A stretch of DNA of 64,000 nt from Cycas panzhihuaensis (taxonomy: Eukaryota > Plantae > Cycadophyta). The notes below the pieces were generated by a model. The model was not told the origin of the DNA, made no database searches, and saw only the letters and a list, made by a program, of their open reading frames with translations. A program made the translations under genes and the position numbers. This document shows, piece by piece, positions 51,720 through 64,000 of the stretch (its first letter is position 1; each line of letters opens with the position of its first letter). The stretch lies in assembly GCA_023213395.1 (NCBI GenBank), contig CM041465.1, positions 196,981,741 to 197,045,740 of the forward strand, written 5' to 3'.

Positions 51720-51950
51720 TCTACTCTTAAGAGAACAGTAAAAAAAGGAATTTTGGGCACTGCATCCATTTGGAATATGCCCAGGTACAATGGAATATTC
51801 CATGTATGGCCACTCGTGGACCTGGACATGGCTGGGACATAGCTATGGATATGTATCTGTTTTGGGGTATGGTTGGTTGGGATACAGCCCGTATCCAGGC
51901 ATACCTGGTATGGCTATGGCCGGTTAATTTAGCCATATCCAGCTTCTTAG
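51720..51950. mobile_element. Probable hAT terminal/subterminal region
   Basis: Clustered GGATAY/GGACAT/GTATCC motifs ending ...ATATCCAGCTTCTTAG, typical of plant hAT ends; adjacent to the transposase relic. Confidence 0.45.
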
Positions 51951-52249
51951 ATTTATAGCTATACATGTAGAGGCATCTGAAAAGAGCATTCTCTCCATTA
52001 TAATGAATCTGTCTCCAAATTCAAAGGATTCCAGCATGCTGAGAATGGAGAGCTAGTGAGACCTAATTTACGCTAGTGGGTAATATAGTGGCCTGTGGAA
52101 ATTTCAAAATGTGGTCTCTTGTTTGTTCATTTTATGATATTTTTCCGTTGTATTGTTAACAATCTTTAAGTAAAATATGTTTTAGCTTATATTCTTGCAG
52201 ATGGTTTTAGGCAGCTCAGATCAATATAGTTTGAAAATTGTGTTTTCAG

Positions 52250-52350
52250 GACACAAGATAGAACGGCTGCTGCTGGAGCTAATAACCTGGGGCTGGAATC
52301 TCTGCTGAGCATGTTTGGTGGTCTGGGTACCATAAATACCCCAAATGCAG
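52250..52350 (+). CDS. DSK2: Ubiquilin/DSK2 ubiquitin receptor, penultimate coding exon
   Basis: TTTTCAG| acceptor and CAG|GTTTG donor; encodes TQDRTAAAGANNLGLESLLSMFGGLGTINTPNA, matching the GLDxLxxMFGxLG segment of plant DSK2; splices in frame to the next exon. Confidence 0.88.
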
Positions 52351-52463
52351 GTTTGATGTCAATTGTTCTTTTGTGTTTTAACTAGTACAATTTAGAATTA
52401 GCTCCGGGGATTATAATAGTTTGGCTCAAGATTTTTTTTTTAACCTCGTTGTTGTTGTTTCAG

Positions 52464-52618
52464 GGAATGCATTGCCACCAGAGCAATTGTATGCCATACA
52501 ATTATCTCAGCTACGAGATATGGGCTTTGTTGACACACAGGAAAATATTCGAGCACTCAATGCAACAGGTGGAAATGTCCATGCAGCTGTTGAGCGTCTT
52601 CTTGGCAACATTGGCTAA
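52464..52618 (+). CDS. DSK2: Ubiquilin/DSK2, last coding exon (UBA domain)
   Basis: GTTTCAG| acceptor after a 113-bp GT-AG intron; (G)NALPPEQLYAIQLSQLRDMGFVDTQENIRALNATGGNVHAAVERLLGNIG* is a canonical DSK2 UBA domain with the MGF loop. Confidence 0.95.
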
Positions 52619-53200
52619 ATGCCTTTTTGAGTAATACACCAGACAAAATCTTATGTTTTGTTAAAATAGGCTTTTGATAGTTTGTTATTCTGTTTTCACA
52701 TTCTTCCTAGCCTTTTGCTAAGTTATAGTTTCAATATAAAGTCAGCATGGGGGAGAGTTGTTGAATAATGTTACTTGATCTGGTATTTGGAATAATACGG
52801 CAAATTTTTGCAGGTGCAGACAATTTGCATTTGCTGATTAAAATATCCTGCAAGTTTGTGGCCTCTCTTCAGGAGCTCTATGGGATGTTTCGCTTGAGCC
52901 TGTAGCTGAGACCATTAGATTTGTAAAGTATTTTGTTATTGTGTAGCCCCTTTTTCCATTATTCTTTTCTTTTCTTCAAATTGCCCTTTGAAACATACCC
53001 AATCTAAAGCTGTCACTTTTATAGGTTAGTTGTTCGGATATGTTGAGCTGCCTCTGATATATAGTTGGAAAATCTGGATCAGAAATCTGTTGAAGCACAA
53101 AGCTGCGACCACTTCTGATGTGTTGTATAAAGAACAATTGTAATTTATTAATATATTTTTGGAAAATAAGGCTTTGATATTGCGACTTGCATCGATTTGA

Positions 53201-53516
53201 AACTCTATTATATTTTAACCGGGAGGAAAACTTGAGTAAGTTGGGCTAATTGATGTCATTTGCACTACATATTTTGAGGTTCATGCATGTTGCATGTTAT
53301 ATTTGGCAGTTCTGTATTTATATTATTTTTGAAATCTGAATGTTTGATTTTTGTAACTCTATTATGTACTCTGATATTTTTACCAGGAGGAAAACTTGAG
53401 TAAGTTGGGCTAATCGATATCATTTGCACTACGTATTTTGAGGTTTATGCATGTTGCATGTTATATTTGGCAGTTCTGTATTTATATTATTTTTGAAATC
53501 TGAATGTTTGATTTTT
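53201..53516. repeat. ~164-bp tandem duplication downstream of DSK2
   Basis: GGAGGAAAACTTGAGTAAGTTGGGCTAAT... at 53222 and 53386, near-identical. Confidence 0.9.
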
Positions 53517-54096
53517 ATTGCTGTCTGGCTATCATAGAACTACTCAGCCCACCGGAATGTTTGAATGATTTAAGAAACTTCTATGTGATTTAGGGCTGCT
53601 TTACTTTGAATTAAAACTTTCCTGACATATGATTTTGCTGGAATCTTAAACACCAATCTCTCGAGATATGATTTTGTTATTATCTTTGTTAAATATAACT
53701 GAAGTCAAGTATCCAAGGGCTTGAGCGTAGACATTTTAATTGCACGTCTTCCTCAAGAGTGAAGCTGCAAATATACGGCGGCAAGGTTGTCTAAACATCG
53801 TATGAAAGTTCAACAGTTCTCACGTAGTTTTTTTAAGTGATATGGGCATGGACATTTGGACAATACCTTATGACAGACTTCACAGTTCTGTACTCACAGA
53901 AATTGCCCGTTTGGGTTGCCCTCTTGCAATTTTGTATGAAAAAACGTTTTGTGGACCTCATTGGATCTTCTTTAGTATGGCTTTTGTAATATAGTTTCTG
54001 AAGTGATCAATCTTAGTCAAGCCAAATAGGTGGTTAAATATGGGACAGTGGGAACAAGAGCCAAGTTTTATGCCTAAAATGAATGTTCTGTTTACT

Positions 54097-54380
54097 CTTT
54101 TCTTTTTTTTTTTTTAAAACCAGAGTGGAATCAGCATCCCTGATATTGAGGAAATTAAGGCCCTTCTATTTGGGTTGCCACTATAACCACTCTAGAACTA
54201 GTTACGTCCACCCATAGTCCGCCATTACCCATTAACCGGGGAAAATTGAAACTTGCACTGGCACCAATGAGCTCCACATTTAATCCAACCAATATGCCGC
54301 AGTGCTTGTTCTAAGAGGCTCAAACACAGGCGCTTGTGGTGCTAGGCACCCCCTGATATCACTGCACCAGCATTGACAGC
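54097..54380 (-). mobile_element. Probable tRNA-derived SINE
   Basis: Minus strand: A-box-like TGGTGCAGTGA (54359-54369) and B-box-like TGTTTGAGCC (54317-54326) 32 nt apart; poly(A) tail (T run 54103-54115); candidate TSD CTTTTC(T/G)TTT on both sides. Confidence 0.5.
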
Positions 54381-55250
54381 TTTTCGTTTAATCATTAGAG
54401 AGTCTGCCATTCTGACATTGTGAGCTAGTCATTGATGTTATTGTAGTCTTTGTAGAGGGGTATGAAATAAATTCTTGAAGGCATCTGTAGTGTCATCTGA
54501 AGATTGCTACTAGATCTATTTCAGATTGGAGACCTTGTGTCCACGTGCACAAAGTTATGGAAGTGAAACATTTCAAGTGAAAACCAAAGATATGATGATC
54601 CTCACCTCTCTAATGTTTCTATTTATATTGCCTATGAGTTTGCCCGACCTCCTTAATGGATTGTTGCTGTGAATAATAATAGTTCATGACATAACCTCTT
54701 TTGCAAAAATTGTCCTCAAAGCATTGGGTATGTTTGACACCTTTGGGTACAGGTGTTTATTTTTCAAATGGAGTCCTTCGATATGCTTCTATCAGCATGG
54801 TTGTACAATCGATGGGGATTGATTCGGCACTACTTCAATACCATGTTACATGTCTCTATTTGGTCGGTGGGTCTTGGGTAGGTCTCAGAATACTTGTTTG
54901 CAGTCTATTGAATCCTTTTATTTCCATGGCTTGTTTTTGTGGTTTCAACGTAATAGTTCTTTTGATGGTTCATGGTCTATTACTTCTATTAATCATAGTC
55001 GTGCGATGAATCCTGGGTCGCTTTCTTATTATCTTCTCTATTGTACTAGAGTTGATCATTCAGGAGGTGGCATTTTGATTATATGTGACATACATTCTAC
55101 TTAGTTTTTTCTTGAATTGCCTGAATTCTTTTATTCAGGTTTGTTATATGTACCCAATATTTTTAGTCAACTCCTAGGATTTAATGTGCTACTCCTATTG
55201 GTAATGTAAAGAAACTAGGATTCAATTTGTATAATTTGAGGCCCTTAGTT

Positions 55251-55752
55251 TTCTTCCATATTGCAAAACATGATTGATACCGGCACAGTGAATCCTGAGC
55301 TGTGTTTTAACCCTGCAGACCTAGTTGTTGTGCTTGTCGAGAGTCAACAAAGGTGTCGGTGCTTCCAAAATTATTGACGAACAATTTGTTCTTATTTATG
55401 TAATTGACTAGTTTTAGAGTTCAGCCTTTGAAACCTAGACGTGATTGTTATTGAATTTCAAGTTACCTTGCCTCTATTGCATTTTCAACCGTATATTCTT
55501 TCCATATTGCAAAACATGATTGTTTGATACTGGCACGGTGAATCCTCAGCTGTGTTTATCCTACAGACCTAGTTGTTGTGCTTGTCAAGAGTCGACGAAG
55601 GTGGGAGTGCTTCCAAAATTATTGATGAACAATTTGTTCTTGTCAATGTAATTGACTATTTTTAACGAGTTCAGCCTTTGAAACCTAGATGTTATTGTTA
55701 TTGAATTTCAAGTTACTTTGCCTTTACTGCATTTTCAACTATATCTTCTTCC
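55251..55752. repeat. ~246-bp tandem duplication
   Basis: TCCATATTGCAAAACATGATTG...TGCATTTTCAAC at ~55255 and ~55501, roughly 90% identical. Confidence 0.9.
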
Positions 55753-57920
55753 CCTTCACTCTTTGATTCTGTTAGGTTTTCAACTGTTGTTGAAAAAAGT
55801 TGTTTTTGTGTATTACGCAATTTTGGGTGGACAGGTATTGCTCTTTTCGTTGTATTCATAACATAGTCTACTCATTGCTTTCTCGTCCTCTCTTCTTGTT
55901 CACCTAGTATCAAATGATTTCTACTTGGTGGAGGTGGTGGTTTGTAGTTGCTTTGTCTTTGGGACGGTTTAGGTTGGTTTCGAGTTCCATTTGGTGCTTT
56001 TGTGCAATGATGTATCTATTGTAAATTGTTTGATTTCATACCATCATTTGATCGGAGAGATTGATGGCCTTGTTGAGTGATTGGGCTTTGCATTTGTAGA
56101 GTTACGCCTTCGACTCTTCAATTTGCAGTGTAAAAGTTTAGTCTCCAATCAAGTTGTATATTTGTTTTGTTGAGTAATCTTTGCCTATTTTTGGACTGAA
56201 TTCTTTTTAGAAGATATGGGCAAGTTGGACATTATAGGGTTTATTCAAATTGCTTGTTGCTCGAGCTAGTAGAGCTTTGTAAATTTAGGAAAAATTAGGT
56301 CTCTGCTTTATTTTGTTTGTTTAAATCAATTGTTTTTCCAAATAAATACACACCCTTCAAGTTATTTAAAGTAAAGTTCACATTTTTCGAGTTTGATATA
56401 ATCTTTTTAAGGTTGTGCCTTTTAGTAATTGCCACTCTTTTGGTTCAATCTTGATTGTTTGACTTATAAGCAGGTACATTAGAAATCATATGCAAATGGA
56501 CTTGTTTGTGTTATAATATTAATGTTTTACTTTAAGTTTTGTACTACAGTATTCTTTATGAAAATTGAGGGTGTCATTGCCCCATTTTGGTCTTAAAATG
56601 ATACTTGTCATATTTGTTAACATTTGTCATTCATGTACTAATTGGTTATGTAAATCAATTGTATATAAAGGGGATCACCCACTTTTATCAATCAATAAAA
56701 TAATTATTATTTTTTTCATTTTTGTTTTCATCATGGTATTAGAGTACGTTTAAGAGAATCACAGGTTGAAGTTAGATTGAGACATCAAATATGTGAGCTT
56801 AAAAAATTGAATAAAGAACAACAAGATAAAGTTTTGAAAAAAAAATGGTGAAATTAAAGCTCAAACAAAGTTGTATGACATTGTACGGAATTATACGAAT
56901 TTTTGCACGGATAGAAAATTCAAAGCATTTAAAATTGAGTGAAATTTTATTAATAGAAACATTGCAAAGAGTAGATTTTACTATCCCAAAGAAGTGTTCA
57001 GAGATTCGGCTTCGATAAGTGGAAAAACACAGAGAAATCAATGTGGGTTTTAGGCTTTTTCAGTAGATTTTTTTCAAATTTTTTTTCATTTCAGATCAAG
57101 CAAGTGGATTCAAAATCTTTCTTAAGCTTTCTATTAAATATAAGTTTGCAAGATTTCATTGAAGATTTTTTAAGTTACGAGCAAAAACATAATTTAAACT
57201 CTAATATTTCTCATTTTTAAATGAAATTTTTTTTAGCCAAGAACTCTTTTCTAAAATTCAACTTTAGATTTTATGCATGAAGTCAATACCTACATTTTGA
57301 TGGAGTTTCTTAAGGGTTTTGTAAACTTGTGCTTGTTCATACATCTGTATCACTGCACAAGCTTGGACCGTCATAATTATTCAAAATTTGAGTCTGTCTA
57401 AGCATTGAAAAATGGTTTTAATCTACTCTTTGGGAGAGTCAAATAAGTTCATAGATCAAAATTACGTTGTTTGAAAAATTAATATAAAGGAATTTTTAAT
57501 TGTAAAAAATGCATATAATATTGTTATTGAAAAAGAAACGAAACTAACTATTGATGTTGCAAAAATTACTAGTTGAAAAGAAAGGGATAGGCAAGTTTTA
57601 GCTATAGTTACCTTGTTTATAAATGATTTTATCTTGACACATATTAGTGAAGCTATTTCTTCAGGTGAAGCTTAGAAAGTCTTTGTTTTATTATATAGTC
57701 AGAAGAATAAACTTTGGATCATTATGATGAGAAAACAACTTTATTCGCTTCACTTATAGGAGGGTGAGTAAGTCATAAATTTTATCACCAAATCGGTAGA
57801 AATTAAAAACAATTTAACTTTTGCGGGTGAATAAATATTATACACAAATTATTTGTTTAATACTTACTAAATTATCAAAATCTTTTGACAATTTAGTAAA
57901 TACTTTTAATGTTGGAGGAC

Positions 57921-58020
57921 ATACAAGAGAAAGGTCAATAAAGACAAGAATCGACAAAGGTACAAGAGAAAGGTCAATAGAGACAAGAATCGACAAAGGT
58001 ATAAGAGAAAGGTCAACAGA
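57921..58020. repeat. 39-bp tandem repeat (~2.5 copies) in E9 gag
   Basis: TACAAGAGAAAGGTCAATARAGACAAGAATCGACAAAGG repeated; encodes TRERSIxTRIDKG. Confidence 0.85.
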
Positions 58021-58311
58021 TACTCAGATATGTTATCATTGTGGAAGATCAAGTCTTATTGTTGTAGAATAGTAAAAAGTCGTCATTGTTATTATTGTGG
58101 TAGGTATGGGCATCTTTCAAGCAATTACTTCTATAAAAGAGCTAGAATTTTAAAAGGAAACCATATAAAAGGCAATTACAGTAAAGAATAATCTAAAGAT
58201 GAAGATGATGAAGAGATTGCCTTTGTTGTTGCCCTAGTTTCATATATTCAATACAATGAAGATTAGTTTGTTGACTCTTGTACTTCATATCACTTAACTG
58301 GAAGAGAAGAT

Positions 58312-61300
58312 TGGGTCGAGATCTAATACAGGCTCAAATAGATATTATCAATCTCAAATAATAATGAATATTGGAAATTCACCATAAACACCAAAGTAAA
58401 GAAAATAGTACAAATAGAAGGGAAATATATTGTCCAAAAAGAATATTGGAAAGTACAAACATATATAATAGAATATCCTTACTGAACACTTGCCTCTTCG
58501 AGGTAGGAATCCTCCGAATATCTCAAGCCAAAAGGTCAAGCCAATTGCAGCCACTGAGAGTCGAAAATATGGAAGAGATCAAATTGAAGTGATGATCCAA
58601 AATGAGGGCTTAGATCTCTCTTTATAATGGTTAATTATTAGCCTACTTGAAGTTGGCCAGAATTAGGATAGTTTAGTGGGAGTGAACCATTAATAAGTCG
58701 GCTAGAAGACTGGCTTACAAGTCAATTAATATTCATGCGTTTATTTCTGGGGGATTAAGTTGGCTGATAGGCTCCTAAAGAGAGGGTTTTTTTGAAAAGC
58801 AACAAGTCCCCCCAACCCCCCCCCTCCCCCTGCCTGAAAAATGCTTTGCCCTCAAAGCATTGATAGCTTTGAAAATTGTTGTATTCATTCGTTTGACTCC
58901 TATGTCGCGTGTTCTGTATCTAATGCTCACCATTTTATGAGGTATTCTTTGACTTGTCTTGTTTGAAGTTGCTTGGTGCGAATTTAGAGTATCCCTTTTG
59001 GTTCTAGTATAATCTATTATTTTTCATTGAGTTCTGGCAAATATGTCTGTGGTACTATTTTGTTGTCGATCTTTTCTTTTTCAGGCATGAAACATGAAAA
59101 GTATCATGGATCTTGCTTGTTGTCGGTAACTTAAGTTGGTAGGTCACTTCCCCAATTATGTCAAAGTATTTGATACGGTTCAAAATATCGAGGAGTGAGC
59201 TTTTGTGTCTTCATTTTGCTTAATAACGTTTGTTTGTATGGATCACTGCGCATCCACTTACTGCTTCACCCAATCGTCTTTCTGAAAACTCCTTTCGGAT
59301 CACTGTGCATCCACTTATTGCTTCATTCTGTTCCTTGCCATCACCAAATTATCCTTAAGAATTCTAACCATGTCTTCCATTTACTTTTGATGTTCTTGGA
59401 CAACTTGAACTTGGGATGATCCATTCCATATGAATAGAGATGACGATTGGTATTCGTAAAGAGCTGGGAATGGTGTCATCTTGGTAGAAGAGTGGTATGT
59501 TGTATTATACCACCACTTGGCTAAGTGCAACCATTTGTGCCCTTGATTTTGATTATCTGAATAGAAATTCCTCAACTAACCTTCCAGACATTTGTTGACT
59601 CTCTGTCTGTGTTTATGTGCAATTTTGTACTTACAATTCTGAATAAATCCTTCCAAAATTTACTAGTGAACTTTGGGTCTGTATCGCTAATAATAGTTTT
59701 AGGAAACTTGTGTAGTCTATGGATTTCTTTTATGTATAGTTCTGCAATGTCACTTGTCTTTGCTGTTGAGTTTAGTCATCGAAAATGACTATACTTTGTT
59801 AATCTATTAATCGTGACAAAGATCACATTTTTATCTTCTAATTTTGGGAGATCTGTAATAAAATCCATTAAAATTTCTTCCAATTTTTGGTTGGAAATTG
59901 GTAGGGGTTGTAGGAGACCTGGGGTTTTTAGACATTCTACCTTGTTTCGTTAACAAGTATCGCATTCTGTCACGAATTTTTGAATGTCTAATTTCAAGCC
60001 CTTCCAAAAGTATGACACTTTTATGTTATGATATGTCTTGTCTATACCAGTGTGGCATGTTTCTAGGACCAAATGTGCTTCTTGTAATATAATTCCCTTT
60101 AATATGAAATTTTTGGGAATAAAAAATTTGTCGTTTCTAAGTATCAAATCACCCTTTTGTTGGTATTTATCTGAATTGCTTCCCTTGATGTTATCTAGGA
60201 GTTTTTGGTATATTGGATCTGCCATATATTCAATTATGATGGATTTTAGCCATGAGGGCATAATTGTTGATATCAATTGTAATGAAGGACCTTCCTTTGT
60301 TTCATCTGGGATCTGTAATAATGCGTCTGCTATAATATTGTCCTTGTTTTTCTTATATATTATTGTGAAATCAAAATTCTGTAACTTACTGATCCATTTT
60401 TGTTGCTCATCAGACAATGTCTTTTGTTTGAGGAAGTATTTTAGACTATCATGATTTGTGTGCACCTGAAAGGAATTTCCTAGTAGATATTGTCGCCATT
60501 GTTGGATAGTATGCATAATTGTGAGCATCTTTTTATCATAAATGGGTTTCAGTTTTTCTTTATTATTTAACTTCCGATTCTCATAAGCTATTTGTCTTTC
60601 ATCTTGGAGTAAGACTACTCCTATTCCAAATCCTGATGCATCACACTTTAGTACGAACAATTTCAAAAAATCAGGGGTTGTTAAGACTAGAGCTGTTACC
60701 TTGGGCATTTTAAGATCACCAGAAGCTTCTTCTACTTTCAGGTTCCAAGCAAACGTGTTTTTCTTTGTTAAATCTGTGAGTGGAGTTGTTAGATGTGCAT
60801 AACCCTTTATGAACTTCCTAACAAACCATGTTGTCCCCAAGAACCGTTGAACTGTTAACATTTGTTGGGGTTGGTCAATTGACAATTGCTTGTATCTTCT
60901 TTGGGTTAATCCTTATGCCTTCTCTAGTTATGATGTGGCCTAAGTATTTTAGTTTTTCCTTTGCAAACGAACATTTCTTCTTGTTGGCAAAGAATTGATT
61001 ATTGCACAAAATTTCGAAAATGATTTTCAGATATTCTAAATGCTCTTCCCACACCTTACTGTAGATTAAGATATCATCAAAAGAAATTAACACAAATTTA
61101 CATAACACTTGCTTGAAAGTATCGTTCATAGTGTTCTGAAATGTTGTTGGTGCATTCGTTAATCCAAATGTCATTATTCTAAATTTGAATAGATCTTCAT
61201 GTGTTATGAATACTATCTTGTAGATGTCTTCTTCCTTTATCCAGATTTGATAATATCCTGGGAGTAAATCAATTTTTGAAAATTACTTTACTCCATGAAT

Positions 61301-62490
61301 TGTATCCAATAGATCGTCAATGCGAGGGATCAGGTACATGCTATTGACTATTAATTAATTGAGACCTTGGTAGTCCATATATATTTTATATGAACCATCA
61401 TTCTTTGAACTGATAACAATTGGGGCTGCAAATTGGCTTGTGCTAGTGGTAATGCTCCATTGGAATAGTAGTTCGCTTGTGATTTTATCGATCTCTTTCC
61501 GTAAGTGATACAAATGTCTATATGGTCTAATGTTGATTGGCGCTATATCTGGTATAAGTTCAATTGCACGTTGATTTTCTCGAAGAGGCGGTAGTCCTTT
61601 TAGTTCATCAAACATTGTTTTGTATTCTTCTATAATTTGTTGAATATTTGGTGGAATATCCTCAATTTCGATCTTATAGCATGTCATAATATATGCTGAT
61701 GTTTTTTTCCTGAAGAATTTCTCCATTCGATGTGATGAGACCAGTTGTATTAGTAGCATTGTTGATGCTTGCAATCGGTACTTATGTCATCCTTGGCGAA
61801 AGCACATAAATCCAAACATATAATTAGTGATTATATTACTTAGAGTTTGAAGCCACTGAATTCCCAATACTGCATCCACGCCGTCGATTTGTATTGCGAA
61901 CATGCATGTGTTTATACAATTTTCGTCTATTTGTAAATTGATTTTTCTGTAGAATCCTCCACACAGTGTTGTTTTCCCATTTGTAATTGACACTTGGAAT
62001 GTATTTATTGGTTTTATTTTAATTCCAAGCTTATTTGCGGTTGCTCTGTTTATAAAGTTATGTGTATTACCAGTATCGACTAGAATTGCAACAAGTGCCA
62101 TTTTTATCATCTCTTAGAATTGAAGTGTTTATGGCATAACACTTTGTTCTATAATTGCTTGAAGTGATATGTGTACATTTTCTATATGTAGATTCAATAG
62201 TTCGTTTACTTCATCTTCCCCTGGCTTTTCTTCGGCTTCTTCATGAATTTTCTCGGGTACTTCTTCTTCCTCCGAGATTGTCATATCTTTGGTATTAATC
62301 ATATATACTTTCTTGTCGGTGCATTGATGTTCGCGATTTCACTTCATATGATATTTGAAACAAGTTCATTTCTTCACGTGTTCATTCTTTGTTGTTGTCT
62401 CCTGATTATTTCTAATTGCTAATGGAGCTTAAGCTTTAGTTCTTGACTTGTTTCAATTTAGGTTAAATCCTCTTGAGTTTTCCATAGCAA
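58312..62490 (-). mobile_element. 5'-truncated chromovirus (Ty3/gypsy) element E10 with chromodomain and 3' LTR
   Basis: Protease ILVDTGNTHNF (61787-62110); RT FGLTNAPTTFQ and FDDILIYS; RNase H CDASGFGIG (59950-60885); integrase 59060-59900; chromodomain LEPKGIL...KEYLIKW*ALDTEHAT*E (~58890-59010); PPT rc at 58807-58830; 3' LTR ~58312-58804. Confidence 0.88.
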
Positions 62491-64000
62491 TTCAAATTAA
62501 GCAAGATATCAACAAAAAATAACAATGTTTTGTTTATTCCAATTTTAAAGAATTAATTAATTAACTATTATTTTTTATCATAATTAAGAAAGAAGAAACT
62601 TAGTGATATTTCATGAAACAGAAAATGTTATGATATGAGAAAATGAGGTGAAATCATTGTTGAAGGGGATATAAATTGATAATCTTTGTAAATTAGTTTT
62701 TACTTCCATTATTTTCTCTGTAAAAACTTTTGCTATTCAGAGTACTGATAATGAAATTTGGCATTAATGTTATGGGCATATTACAAATGATAGATAAAAA
62801 ATGCTAAAAAATCTTGCTATGGTTGATGGACTGCCTACTAATTTCACAATAAACTCCTATGTTTGTAAAAGTTATATGTTAGGTAAGTAACACAAAATGC
62901 CATTTCAAGGAAGTAATTGGAGATTGAAAGAAAAGTTGGAATTGGTCCATAACGATATGTGTAATATAATCACACTAAACTCTTATTAATGGTGTTAAGG
63001 TATTTGTTCACTTTCATAAATGATTTCACTAGAAAAGCTTGGTATTTTTCATCTTTAGTAAGTCAGAGCCTTTTAAAGCTCAAGTTGAGCTAGAAAGTAG
63101 GTACATGATTAGAATGCTTAGAACAAATAGAAGTGTAGAATATGTTTTAAATAAAATTTTAAATTTTTGTAAAATTCATGACATTCACAAACAAATCACT
63201 ACTTTATACATTCAATAATTAAATGGAGTAGCTAAATGATTGAATAAGACTATAATAGAAATGATGCAGTGCATGATGAAAGAAAGAGATGTTTCAAACA
63301 TGTATTGGGTTAAAGCAATTAATACTATTGTTTATTTAATAAACAAAAGTCTCGCAAATGTACTTGACAAAATTACTCTAAGAAGAAGCATGGACAAGTA
63401 GAAGACCAAATGTAAGTTATCTAAAAACCTTTGGAAGCATAACTTATGCACATATTTCAATTCAAGAAAGTGCAAAATTAGATGATAAATGCATTGACTG
63501 CATTATGGTTGGGTATAGTACCAAATTAAAAGTATATCGCTACATAGATGTGAAAATAAAAAGAATCTATGTTAGCAGAGATGTAACATTTGATGAAAGT
63601 ATTTCAATTAGGAAAGATGTTGCTTGCTCACAAAAGAGTAGTTCTCAAAAGGGCATAATATTGAAAGAAACTACCAATAGTGATAGTATAACTGAGGAAG
63701 AATTAACTCCTTAAGAAAAAACAAAAGAATCAAAAACTTTGTCAGAAGCAAAAAGATTGGAAGATGTCCTAAGAAAAAGATTCTTTAAATGGCATTTAAA
63801 AAACTATAGAAGAATCAAAAGGAGATGTATTTAAGCATAGAACCAGATCTTAAAACTATCAAGCCTTGGCTTGTTCAATCAAGTCTCAAACTTTTGAAGA
63901 AGTTTGTTAGAAAATAGAATAGTACGAAGTCTTGAACAAAGAAAGAGAATCTATAGATCAAAACAAAACTTGGAAATTATTTTTTTGCCAGAAGAGAAAC

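Larger units (their letters stand above)
56509..64000 (+). mobile_element. Very decayed Ty1/copia element E9, interrupted by E10 and running off the window
   Basis: Probable short LTR ~56509-56733 with TATATAAA; degenerate PBS TGGTATTAGAGT at 56734-56745; gag from ~57410, knuckles at 58030-58130, protease FVDSCTSYHLTG (~58265); GAG-pre/integrase 62750-63600 (MVGYST...VSRDVTFDE); RT start near 63900. Confidence 0.8.

Noticed and set aside
52198-52249. Alternative acceptor TTGCAG at 52200 extending the DSK2 exon
   Set aside because: An in-frame TAG occurs before 52250 in the DSK2 frame.
52421-52463. N-terminal part of ORF 52421-52618 (MAQDFFFNLVVVVS)
   Set aside because: This is intron polypyrimidine/acceptor sequence; the real exon starts at 52464.
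54701-55104. ORFs of 102 and 84 aa downstream of DSK2
   Set aside because: No recognisable motif, splice structure or coding bias; probably chance ORFs.
55268-55300. Possible C/D-box snoRNA (ATGATTGA...CTGA) in the 246-bp repeat
   Set aside because: The C box is imperfect, the spacing is too short, and the D box is lost in the second copy (CTCA).

Overview
This is AT-rich land-plant nuclear DNA, probably from a large-genome gymnosperm or fern (inferred from element types and intron size, not proven). Most of the window is nested, mostly decayed LTR retrotransposons. Six are Ty1/copia elements: four have both LTRs visible and three of these have target-site duplications (TSDs). Four are Ty3/gypsy elements, including an 18.2-kb element bounded by a CTAGG TSD. 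There is also a probable solo LTR, a hAT transposase relic, a probable tRNA-derived SINE, a microsatellite-embedded fold-back array and several tandem duplications. The only host gene is the 3' end of a ubiquilin/DSK2 gene: two exons at 52250-52350 and 52464-52618, ending in the UBA domain. No earlier DSK2 exon is recognisable, so the preceding 52 kb may be one giant TE-filled intron. Highlights are a 15-bp LTR hairpin with compensatory changes next to the TATA box, a multi-copy inverted-repeat array just upstream of the DSK2 exons, extra sense and antisense ORFs in the gypsy elements, and CAG/CTG-to-CGG/CCG changes suggesting methylation-related basecalling errors in the youngest elements. 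Element labels E1-E10 are my own.
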